A model generated the notes under the pieces. It worked only from the letters and a program-made list of their open reading frames with translations. It was not told the DNA's origin and did no database searches. DNA of 64,000 bases, taken from Octopus sinensis (taxonomy: Eukaryota). This document shows positions 39,054 through 50,428 of this stretch, piece after piece (within the stretch, counting starts at the first letter, position 1; every line of letters begins with the position of its first letter). The position numbers were made by a program, and so were the translations under genes. The stretch lies in contig NC_043017.1 of assembly GCF_006345805.1 (NCBI RefSeq), forward strand, positions 29,016,001-29,080,000, given 5' to 3'.

Positions 39054-39179
39054 ATGTTTGTATATATATGTACATACCGAAAGCATATATATATGTATAT
39101 ATGTCTCTCACTCTTCCTCCTTCTCCTCTCTTTCTCTCTCTCTCTCTCTCTTGCTATATATATATATATGTATATATAG

Positions 39180-39290
39180 CGGGGTGGCGTCATTTGAAGG
39201 CTAAAACAATACGAAGCGCATTGTGACCAGCGATATGTAGCAACATCTGATAGCCTGGTCGGTCACGGTGATCACGGTGATCACGGTGAT
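39180..39290 (+). mobile_element. SINE family C tail type 3 fragment ending in (TA)n
   Basis: ggggtggcgtcatttgaaggctaaaacaat...gatagcctggtcggtcacggtgat, matching 58175-58272. Confidence 0.7.
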
Positions 39291-40084
39291 ATATATATGT
39301 ATATGTATATATGCTGTGAAAGTGGACATATATATCTCCCTCTTACTGCATATACACGTATATATGCATAATATGTAATAAATTTGTGTGTGTTCGTATG
39401 TTTGTGAGTGAATGTGTTTGTATATATATGTACCAGATGTGTATGTATACATCGATGCATTTATGAATGTATGTATGTAGGTATACATAATTGTAAGTTC
39501 TTCAAAAAAAAAAAGAAGAAAGATACACCTAGTGTTATGTTATTCATAAAGTTATTTTTTACTTGTAACTATTTATATTAAATACAATCTCTGACACAGA
39601 GCAGGTAGACTGTAGGATTTACCTACAAAACCTCCGCTGCTAAAGCTTATTGGTTTATTACATTTAACTTCTTGGCATAATATTTTACTTTCTATATGTA
39701 CATATATATTTTTAGAACTTGAAATTTGATATATAATTGTTTAGTGAGCCTAAGCCTCGGCCTTGATTTGAATATTAAAAATTGGGGTTTAACAAAGGAC
39801 TTTCAGGCTTCAGCACACATAGCTCAGCAATAGAATTTAAAATGGAAAGTATGGAAACTCTTTCGGTTCAAATGCACAGAGCCGAATAGAGCGGGGGGAA
39901 TCCATGAAATCGTACAAGCAACGAAGTACCTCTATATATTTTGTACGCAGTGAATAAGGGCCGAGACATGGATGCTGACGTCACGAAGAGAATGGGGGCA
40001 GGATGGAAGAGGTTTACATTTTGTATTTTATATATATGCACAAGTATATGTGCACGTGTTTGTGCGTATATGTATATACGTCCA

Positions 40085-40504
40085 TCAAACGACGCTTCAA
40101 AACGGCGCAGTTAAGCTCTTCCTTGACGATCAATATCGCTCATCGTTGTCCGGGGATGTTCTTCCGCGTTTGAAACGCCCGTATCACTCGAAATATTGCG
40201 CACTACCCATTGCAACGTCACCGTAAGCTTAGCAAAATATACCTAATGTTTCTGTATAAGACTTCCGAAGTTTAAGGCAGATTTATACATTGGTCATTTG
40301 TTCCTATTCATGATATAATCGCAGACCACACCATACACGTGATAACAAAAACACAAATTTCACAACTTCCAAACGAAGCACTGCGATGTCACTGGTTAAA
40401 TCCCTCAATAATTTCCCTGCTATGCCTCACTACACACGCAACCGTATGCAGCCAGGTGTAGGAGCGCTACAGAACAAATCCGGGAACATATCGATACTAC
40501 CTGA
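40085..40504 (-). pseudogene. Mariner 5' end and N-terminal transposase fossil
   Basis: Minus-strand translation ICLKLRKSYTETLGIFC*AYGDVAMGSAQYFE*YGRFKRGRTSPDNDER matches the mariner HTH region. TIR ends at TA 40505-40506. Confidence 0.75.
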
Positions 40505-40740
40505 TATGTTATAACACACGTGTAAAATTCCTCTAAAATGGTGTTTGCTTAATTATTTTTCTTCCCATCGCTTTTACATATTACAATTTAATCATTACTG
40601 AGACATGTGCAGTACATGCTGTGTGAGTAGGTAGTATGTGGCTATCGTTGAAGTAAAGACGATTTATTATGTGATATAATTATGATTAAATCTGACTCCC
40701 TCCTGTTTTGTATTTATTCTGCATGCATAAATGTATATAC

Positions 40741-40786
<46 letters not shown>

Positions 40787-40835
40787 TAATAAAACTTTAT
40801 ATATAAAGAGCGTGAAATTCACGAATTGACGAACA

Positions 40836-40902
<67 letters not shown>

Positions 40903-40909
40903 TGCACAC

Positions 40910-40942
<33 letters not shown>

Positions 40943-41663
40943 AGGAGGCATATTTACAGAACATCTGCTTTTCTACGATTTTAATTAAGTTTTCTGGTGA
41001 ATTGTTAAAACAAAATTGTTTATTGTTGACATTACATAAAACATAAGTCATTTTAATATATTTCTGGATGAGTTTCGTTTGAAATTTCTTCACATCCTTT
41101 CACCACTAAGTCGAGTTTTAATTTCATTTCATAATTTCGTTGCTCCTTGGCCACGATAGTTTGTGTAGCCCACCAATCAGAATGTTCGGTTGTTTAGCAA
41201 ATGTTCCCAGTTCAATTAATGGATGGATAAGCAATTGTATCTTTCAGTAAAGTACTTCATTGCCTGTTGCTATACTATAATCAAGAGTACAAGCTGAGAC
41301 CCGAGATATCTCTTTTTCGAGAGCAAGACAATTGGGGTTTCACCGGCCCAACATTAAGGAAGCTATGCATCTAAATTTAATAACGATATTACAAAAACGA
41401 GAAATATTTTTAGAAGTGCGGACAGAGTTATAAACCCATAACACGAACCGTATTGTAGTTGGTACCAGTAAGTAGATGCCACTAAACGAATCTACGTTTA
41501 TAGTGTGTATATGTATAGTTCCAATTTACAGAAGGCAGAAGACAGAGAGATGTTGGTAGAACAATCAGGTGTATTAGGTTAACGATCGAGACAAATGGTG
41601 AAAAAAAGCAGTAAGATATACAGGTATATATATGTGTGTGTTCGGTTTGTGTCGGTGTACGTG

Positions 41664-41731
<68 letters not shown>

Positions 41732-41779
41732 TATATATATGTGTGTAAAATAATTTGTGACAAATATTCGGTAGCCAAG

Positions 41780-41840
41780 ATAAAACTCTGAGTTTCGGAT
41801 GCCGAGGTGGAAATCCACAACACCATCTCTTCGGTCTCTT
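41780..41840 (-). ncRNA. Decayed hammerhead-like motif with CCGAAGA core
   Basis: CCGAAGA-GATG..gtgga/tccac..CATC-C-GAAA-CTCAGAG-TT. Stem I is poorly paired. Confidence 0.35.
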
Positions 41841-41872
41841 TCTTTTGTTTTTACCTATACATATATATATAT

Positions 41873-41941
<69 letters not shown>

Positions 41942-41986
41942 TATAAATATATATATATAAATGTATATATATAAATAAATAAATAA

Positions 41987-42019
<33 letters not shown>

Positions 42020-42534
42020 ATAAATATATATTCATACACACACACACATATATATATATATAATATATATATATACTGATATACATACATAAATATATAC
42101 ATATTTATATATTTAGGTATACTTATATATATATGTATATATATGCATTTAGAAAATAACGATTAAAATACTTAAGACTAAAATTGATAGCATATCATAA
42201 GAATAATACGACATATTTGGGAATTCTAAGGCTGATCGGGGTCTATTTGTACTCTTATACGTTCTTACCAGAACACACCTCAACTGACTATGTCTATATT
42301 TACGTGTCTACGCATTTATATATATATATACATATATATATTTAAGTAAAATTGCCATTATTCTGATAATATCGAAGGAAGTCAAATGAAATGTATACTA
42401 AATAAAATATATTATACCTGTAAATATTATATATATTTGGAACACAAAACAATAAACCTTTCCAAAGATATGAACGAAATATTAATTTTCAAACAATACA
42501 AAAATAGGTACCCCTCAAGGTATATTTGCTATAT

Positions 42535-43060
42535 TCAATATTTGGAGTGGCCGCCCTTCCTTTCAATGACTGTTAGTCTTCTGGACATAGAGGTGACTAA
42601 ATTCGCGCATTTAACTCATGCAATCGACCTCCATTCATCCTGAAAGATTTCTTTCAACTTTGTTGCATTGCGGGGTCTTTACTCCGCAACCTTCCTTCAA
42701 AAAATCCAACAAATGTATTGGGTTTAAATCAGGTGTAATATAATGACAAGGCAATAATTTTACCTTTTCCTCTGATAACCACTTTGGTGTCATTTTTGAA
42801 GTGTTTTTAGGATCGTTAACATTTTGGAACCTTGTATGTCTTCCCAGGTCCTTGGTGCTTTTCCCACATTATTTTCCGGATTATCTCACAAAATCTGTTG
42901 TTTTCTGAACAAATGTGAGTCCTCCCACACCGACCGCATTCATAACTCTTCACAAATCATAAAACTTCCGCCACCTTTTTTCACTATAGGCACGTTGCAT
43001 TTGTCGCTATTATGTTCACCTGGTCGTCGCTATTATGTTCACCTGATCTCTTTACTCACA
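42535..43060 (-). pseudogene. Tc1-family transposase fossil
   Basis: VKKGGGSFMI.../TSKMTPKWLSEEKVKLL...TPDLNPI.../CANLVTSMSRRLTVIERKGGHSKY*. Bordered by a SINE C at 43062. Confidence 0.75.
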
Positions 43061-43061
43061 T

Positions 43062-43342
43062 GTTTGTTCCTTCTCGACCACGCCTGGCTCATAAGGGCCG
43101 GTTTCCTTTACGTAAAAGTTCCCCACATGGACGGGACGCCGGTCCGTCGTAGGTGACCTGCAAAATGCAGGAGGAAAGAGTGAGAGAAAGTTCTGGCGAA
43201 AGAGTCAGCAGAAGTTCGCCATTACCTTCTGCCGGAGCCGCGTGGAGCATAGTTGTTTTGCTCATAAACACACACATCGCCCGATCTGAGATTCGAACCC
43301 GCGATCCCTCGACGGCGAGTCCGCTGCTCTAACCACTAGGAC
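43062..43342 (-). mobile_element. SINE family C, tail type 2
   Basis: Matches 8270-8572. Confidence 0.85.
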
Positions 43343-43516
43343 ATGATGAATGAAAGCGGGATATATAATTACGAACCGGATGAATTTCTTGGGATTACAG
43401 CTGTTTCGCAATGTTCTTCCCATTGTACCGATTTCACTATGCATGCAATTGTTAATAGATGTTGACATTAGTAAGCATGCACAACACTACGCAATGATAC
43501 ACACACACACACATAT

Positions 43517-43564
<48 letters not shown>

Positions 43565-43570
<6 letters not shown>

Positions 43571-43900
43571 GAGATAAAACCACTATTAGGCAAATCATAC
43601 AATGAAAAACTTAAGCCAATACATAAGATTAATTAATTTATATTATTTTAAATGTATATCAAAATTATTAAAATAAGATAATTAGTATAACACTACGATC
43701 GTTTCATGGCTGTTAAATTCGTAAAAATTCGAGTTACAGTCATTCTTCAGGTGATTGAAATATTTAACTTGGCGAGGTTTAATCAATCTTTTTTTAATAA
43801 TTTTGATATATATTTAAAATAATATAAATTAATTAATCTTATGTATTGGCTTAAGTTTTTCATTGTATGATTTGCCTAATAGTGGTTTTATCTCTAATTT
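43565..43900. mobile_element. Family P1 element (minus) plus an inverted partial copy (fold-back, ~108-bp arms)
   Basis: Arms 43565-43673 and 43792-43900, flanked by TA-rich microsatellite. Confidence 0.85.
43691..43753 (-). ncRNA. Type I hammerhead ribozyme (P1)
   Basis: CAC-CTGAAGA-ATGACTGT...ACAGCCAT-GAAA-CGATCG-TA-GTG. Confidence 0.8.
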
Positions 43901-44012
43901 AATATAATATAATATTTTACTATAAAATTGGATTCAATCCTAAATCTGATTTTTACCTGTAAGTTTGGATTTATTCCCTAATATTTTATTATTAATTATA
44001 TATATATATATA

Positions 44013-44072
<60 letters not shown>

Positions 44073-45162
44073 ATATATATATAACCCACTATGAACACAG
44101 ACCCCTAGATCCTAGCATGTAGGCAATTGAGACCTCACAAAGAAGCCGTTATTGAAGCTGAATGAGACTTTATTGAATAAAATGACGAAACAATATGTTT
44201 ACTCTTATCCTCAAAACCTTTTTTCAATAAAAAGTCATGATTGCCTGTTTCTCACGGTCATTTTGGTTTAAGTCTATATCTATCCTCAAATACCTTACGC
44301 ACCCAGTATGTATGTATATTTACTGAAATTTATGTCATGAAAGCAGTGTCTTGTATCAAATTATATTCGATACGTAGTATTGATTTATATGTAGTTTATT
44401 TAAACCCAGAGATATAGTAATTGCAGCATAGTCTTTCGCTAATAATATTTCATCAGCTCAGCTTTCACATTTACCCATTTCTTTACTTCATTTGTTATCA
44501 TTTGATAAGTTTTCCATTTTTTTCTCTCTCAGTTGACCACTTATCATCTGTATAACTAATTGATATAAAATCAACATGAGTATATATACCCCTTGCAGTT
44601 CTTTTGTGTGTAACCGATATTTGATTCCAGTTGAATGCTGTGATAGTTTTTCAATTATTCAGTTTCCTTCTAGCTTACATCAATTAACTCGCTCTCCTAT
44701 TGTTTTGCGCATATTCGTTAACGATTTTGATTATATTTCAGCATATAACAAAAGCCGACTCTTGATCGTTTTTGTTCGACAGTTTCACACCATGACATAT
44801 TCAAAGTAACAGGCTGTTAACGTTCTGCCATCGCATCAACGTGAAAATGTAAGCGATGCTGATGCTTACTTCTGTGTAACTGGTAGCATTGCTCACCATA
44901 CTTAACTCAAAGTACCACGGCAAACTTCATAGATTTCTTGGTTCCAATAAAGCAGTTATGATCTATATACAATGAGGATAATGAAGAACATAATCACTTA
45001 TGAAATCCTCTTTATCTTTGTGAACAAACTTCTAATGTATCATTTTCATTTCATAGAAGCATCCGTATACAATTATCTCATTTCAGTTCTATATTTAAGA
45101 GATGAGGAATTACGTACATTATTTACAGTTGACGGATATTTCTCCTCATCTTGTTTGTTGTT

Positions 45163-45208
45163 AACACCACGTTTCGGCTGATATACCCTCCAGCTTTCAT
45201 CAGGTGTC
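45163..45208 (-). ncRNA. Minimal type I hammerhead, probably inactive (G at the cleavage position)
   Basis: GACAC-CTGATGA-AAGCTG..CAGCC-GAAA-CGT-G-GTGTT. The partner at 46302-46347 (+) has ATGATGA and ACTT lesions. Confidence 0.65.
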
Positions 45209-46104
45209 TTGAAACCTTCATACCCTGGCCCCACCAGGAAGATGTCCAAGTACTGTTAGATCACGTGAACTCAATAAATCCATCCATACCGTTCACAATG
45301 GAAAAATAAAAAATAAAATCAGCTAGCATTCCTGGACGTACCAAGTATGAATTCAGGATGTCCGCATACCGCAAGCCGACCTTCACTTGATGATACCTCA
45401 ACTTCAACTCCCGCCATACATAGTGTAAAGATAGGGATTGCTCAGTGCCTAAAACATCGAGCAATGAATATAAGTAGCGATCGTGATACCCACCACGAAG
45501 AAATGATCAAGCTCAGTAACAACCTGTTATGCAACAACTACTCTAAAAGCATACTCTTCACTCCAATTATGAAGAATGAGGATATGAAACCGGTAAACTG
45601 TCCACAGTCTGTCAACCCTATGTGAAAGGCCTCTCCGAAAAGATACAAATTATATGCGGCCCATATGACATCAGGACAGTATTCAAGAGTAATACAAAAC
45701 TTTTCAAATATCTCCGAATAAAACCACCAACAGAAGAGAATATGACCAAGAACTGCATGTACTCCATCCCATGCTTTGGTAGGTTATACAAAGGCGAAAT
45801 ATGCCCCCTCTACTCAAAATAAGGGTAGAGGATTGCAAAGCTGTGACACGGGGAGATATTGATAAATCGGGTATAGCTGATCTTGTATGGAAAAATGCAG
45901 GCCACCTCTCCCTGTCGGATGAAGTTAAAATAATAGACAGAGAATACCACTGGAAAATACGAAAACTAAAAGAAGCAGCACATATGCTAGGACACCACAA
46001 CTTCCAAAGCAGACCGAGTGCAGGTATGAACAGCATATGTGAACCAGTATTAAGGAAGGATAGGAGAATAAGCCCTAAATTCATAAGCCCTAAAATTCAC
46101 TCCA

Positions 46105-46280
46105 TACTTGCCCACGGCGTAGTGCTTAAGAGCGCGGGCTACTAACCCCAAGATTTCGAGTTCGATTCCAGGCTGTGAACTGAATAATAATGATAATAAT
46201 AATAGTAATAATAATAATAATAATAATACTAATACTAATAATAATAATAATAATAATAACAACAATAACAACAACAACAA
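46105..46280 (+). mobile_element. tRNA-like SINE head plus (AAT)n/(AAC)n tract inside the PLE remnant
   Basis: ggcgtagtgcttaagagcgcgggctactaaccccaagatttcgagttcgattcc. Confidence 0.55.
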
Positions 46281-46787
46281 CACCGAAAAATACTTTCCGA
46301 AGACACATGATGAACGGTGGAGGGTATATCATCCGAAACTTTGTGTTTACAACAAATAAGATGAGGACAAATATCCGAAATAATGTAAATAGTGTAAATT
46401 ATCTTATTTGTTGTTATCCTCTAGGGTGGCAATTTTATGCATTATATTCTTCGGTGGTTGTCATACTGGTTTAGATATGACTATTTCACCCTGACTGCAC
46501 CGTTAAAGTGCTTACCTGATGAAATAGATGCCGTTGCCCTGAACATTTAGAAAAACCTACACGGAACAAGAAATATATATATGACGCTACCCAACACCTT
46601 TCATCCTACTCTCATCTCTTCGGTCGCTGGTTTATTGCTTGACCATAGCAGTGTCCACAGATGTTGCACTTTTATGTACTTGTGGCATTTTCACAACTTC
46701 GGGGAGTTTTCCTACGTTGACCATTCTTCATATTAGTGAAATGCACGCCAGTATTATATTAACGGCATTCACTCGTCATATCTGAGA

Positions 46788-47098
46788 CCCCCTTCGATCA
46801 CGTCACTGACCATAGGATTGCACCTAGAAAGTTACCCTCCCAGGGCAAGTCCGGGCAAGATTGTTTATGGAAGACCAGCAGTCGCCCATGCATACCAGTG
46901 TTATCCAAGGGAAAGGCAAAGGGGCCGATAAAGCTTTGTACCTGTGACGTCGCAACTCATTTCTACAGCTGAGTGAACTGGAACAACGTGAAATAAAGTG
47001 TCTTGCTCAAGAACACAACACGCAGCCCGGTCCGGGAATCGAGCTCACAACCTCACGATCGTAAGCTCAACGCTCTAACCACTGAGCCATGCGCCTCC
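46788..47098 (-). mobile_element. SINE family D
   Basis: Head GGAGGCGCATGGCTCAGTGGTTAGAGCG..GAGCTCGATTCCC. Second copy at 56165-56503. Confidence 0.85.
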
Positions 47099-47407
47099 AC
47101 ATATAAACTCCTCATATAAACTGCATGCAAGACACAAGCGAGTTCATGAGACAAACGCTGATAATAGCGTAGACTGGCGCACAGTTTTTCAAACACTGAA
47201 TTTCTATTTGTACTCATTTTCTTTACTCGGCTACTAGCACTGATAATTGGAATTTATGTGAATCTGCATAAAAACCTTTAAACTTAAGAGAATATGGTCT
47301 TTTCTTTTCAAATATTTGATCAATGAATCTTGATTATCTATTATTTAATACAAACCGACACATACAACGATAGACATACAGGGATGGGCGCGCGTATGGT
47401 GTCTATA

Positions 47408-47632
47408 TGAGCTGGCAGACACGTTAGCGCGCAGGGCGAAATGCTTAGCGGTATTTCGTCTGCTATGTTCTGAGTTCAAATTCCGCCAAGGTCGACTTTG
47501 CCTTTCATCCTTTCGGGGTCGATAAATAAAAGTACCAGTTTCGCACTGGAGTCGATATAATCGACTTAATCCCTTTGTCTGTCCTTGTTTGTCCTCTCTA
47601 TGTTTAGCCCCTTGTGGGCAATAAAGAAATAT
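47408..47632 (+). mobile_element. SINE family B
   Basis: Full match. Confidence 0.85.
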
Positions 47633-48059
47633 ATATATGTACATCTGTTTATCCGTATGTGCGCATGCAGTTGTAGAATAGGAAGATGTTATAAGTCAAT
47701 AAAGATCTTAGATGGTTCTCATAGCGATATTCTTAACGGTTTCAAACATAACATATTCTTATGATCGACGAATCTAAGGAAGCGTTTGTGTTTCATTATT
47801 GCGGGAGAGAAGTGATACCTGAAAACTGGAAACGGAACACATGGGTTCGTTCCTGGTTTGACAAAGTAAAGTCCTGATTGTGCTGTAATTGGATTTTATT
47901 GTTTGAAATCTGCATCTGAGTATAGCCACACTTATTCCTAGATTTGCAGCGAGGCATGTGGTGAAGGAATGGATTTGTTCCAGCAATGGAATGAGTAGCC
48001 TGGGTCTCTGTGTGTGTTTATGTGTACACCCACGTATTTTGTATATGCAATTGCCTAGA

Positions 48060-48114
<55 letters not shown>

Positions 48115-48201
48115 TATTCGAGACAAAACCACTATTTTGCAAAACAAACAAGGAAAGACTTAATCAATACATAAAATTTTAATAAATAGTCAAAAAAACC
48201 G

Positions 48202-48244
48202 CCACTACAATCGTTTCTTGTCTTGATCGACAATCTTCAGGTGG
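48202..48244 (-). ncRNA. Compact type I hammerhead ribozyme (P1-related subfamily)
   Basis: CCAC-CTGAAGA-TTGTC-gatcaa-GACAA-GAAA-CGATTG-TA-GTGG. Stems I and II are perfect. Confidence 0.9.
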
Positions 48245-48472
48245 ACTTCCAATAATTCAGTGTCAAATTATGAAGTTATATATATATAAAATCACAATAA
48301 GGGTGAAAATATTGAATAATTTATAGCATCAATTTAAAACACCAAGTGGCCAAGCGTAAAAAAACTGATACAGTAAAAATCATTAATACAAGTAATAAGA
48401 GAGAGACCACATGTGGGCACTCTAACGCTAGAAATAGATCCGCAAAGGGAATCCACCACTAAAGATTCTTTA

Positions 48473-48552
48473 GTTAAGCAATAGTTTATTTAGATAAGAT
48501 ACAAAAAAAGAGAGTAAGGTGGAGGAATGAAAATAGATGTGAGATATGCAGG

Positions 48553-48604
<52 letters not shown>

Positions 48605-48683
48605 CCTGCATATCTCTATTCTATTTTCATTCCTCCACCTTACTCTCTATTTTGTATATTATCTAAATAAGCTATTGCTTAAC
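48473..48683. repeat. ~210-bp palindrome: ~84-bp inverted arms around (TA)22
   Basis: 48473-48556 is the reverse complement of 48601-48683 with a few mismatches. Confidence 0.9.
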
Positions 48684-48698
48684 CATTTTTTTCATACT

Positions 48699-48746
48699 GT
48701 CTCTGATGAAGGGATATAATAAATATCCTAGAAACAGCTGTAAGAC
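48699..48746 (+). ncRNA. Type I hammerhead ribozyme (family P2 element, 48601-48812)
   Basis: GTCT-CTGATGA-A-GGGATAT-aataa-ATATCCT-A-GAAA-CAGCTG-TA-AGAC. Confidence 0.85.
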
Positions 48747-48845
48747 CATCTATTTATAAATGTTCTAAAATCTACACAGCCCTGTTTTTTTTATCTCCTT
48801 AAGAAAAAACTTATATATATATATATAATATATATATATATATAC

Positions 48846-49083
48846 GCGAGAAAGAAGCAACAAGAATGGATAGGTTTTTAGTACAATCGTTTCATACAAG
48901 GACAGGCTTTATTAAATGTTGCAAAAATTACAGCATATAAACGTGTCCCGTACTCGTCAGCTAAAATACATGTGAGTTCTCTAGACATCCTAGTGGTTGA
49001 GGCTATACTCATGAAGTAATGTAGATAATTAAGTAACATAAACAGATTTCCAAAGTTCATTAAAGTTCTTTAAAGATGATGTA
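48846..49083 (-). repeat. 3' pseudo-LTR
   Basis: Identical to 53476-53713 except one visible substitution. Confidence 0.95.
48876..48966 (-). ncRNA. Type I hammerhead ribozyme, 3' pseudo-LTR
   Basis: TTTTAG-CTGACGA-GTACGGGACA...TGTCCTTGTAT-GAAA-CGATTG-TA-CTAAAA. Confidence 0.9.
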
Positions 49084-50428
49084 CAGTCTTATCACAGAAT
49101 TTTAAAAAAGTATTAATAGCATCACAGAGAAGGTGACCTAATCCATAGTGCACATATGAATTTCCAGAGATATGAGGAGGGATTACATACTCACAGACGA
49201 CAAATTTATCCATTGTTAATCACAACGAGGTGGGTCTCAATTCCTGCTTATTAGCATTACAGAGAGGGTGAATTAATCCTTTGTATAGATGCACAATTTC
49301 CAATGGTGTAGATGTAAATTTCCAGAGAAATGAAAAGAAATGTCATATTCACAGGCGATAAATTTATCAATGGTTGAACACAATGAGGTATGTATCAATT
49401 CTTGTTATATGATTAGGTATTTGCCACATTAATCACATTACTGCTATTTACAAGAGGCTGTAGCTATTTAACTTTTAAAGGCTGAAGGGCTTTCTAGAGA
49501 TGCAAAGAACAGAAAAGGGAAGGGAAGAGAAGAAAAGAGAGAAAATAAAGGAGGAGGGAGCAGAAAGGGGGGGACTAAAAGAGAAGAGAAAAGGAAAAAG
49601 AGAATAAGAAGAAGAAAAAGAAAAAAGAGAAAAGAGAAAGAAATAGGGAAAGAAGGGAAAAAAAGAAGAAAAAGAAAAAAAAAAGAGGGTTCTAGTTATA
49701 CAGAAGAATTAGTAGACGGCAAGTCTGGTTTTAATTTACAGGCATCTAGGAACTAGAGGAGAGTATTATTCCTTTGACCAGTAAAACAGCTAATTTATTG
49801 CTGTTGAAATCAGCTATGAATTTAAAGAGAATCTAAAGAGATAACACGGTCAGGGGTTTAGGAGTCAGAGGCTAAAATCAAAAGAAAATACATTAGGAAA
49901 ATCTAAGTATAATCTTATCAAAAAGTCATTAAAATTTATTTATTTCATTTATTCATTTTATTGTCTTAAGGAGTTGCCGTTATTATTCATACATTGACGG
50001 ACTACAGGTCAAATCTTAGAAGATCATTTACAAGGTGTTAGGGAATTGTCTATCATAATGAAGATAATCATATTATCACCGAGGGAGTAGCCTTATTTAT
50101 TTAATTTTGAAATAGAATTATGGGGCTTTAGTAACTCATTTTATTTTATTAAAGTTATGCTACTTAAATTAGATTAAGTTAAGAATTAAAATTAAAAATT
50201 ACAATTAAGATTTAAAATTAAGATTTAAAATTATGAGTTTGAAATTAAATAAAGCCTCAATTAAGCAGCGTATAAGTACTATTCATTTCCCTGTTCTCAA
50301 AAAACTGATGCAGATATAAGGAAAAAGATAACTGTAGTGTGAGAACTCTTAGTTATCTACTTAAAGCAGTGCTATACTAGTAAAAATCAAGTTATATCTA
50401 TCTATCTATCTAGTTACGAATATTCTAA

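Larger units (their letters stand above)
45000..46450 (+). mobile_element. 5'-truncated Penelope/Poseidon-type PLE with an inverted 5' pseudo-LTR and a direct 3' pseudo-LTR
   Basis: Frameshifted RT thumb and GIY-YIG (HVNSINPSIPFTMEK...KGLSEKI...CMYSIPC..LYKGE...KSGIADLVW...RKLKEAAHM). 45000-45210 is the reverse complement of 46300-46440. Confidence 0.85.

Noticed and set aside
44424-44460. Minus-strand CTGATGA...GCGAAAGACT
   Set aside because: Stem II cannot close, and there is no valid stem III/NUH or stem I.
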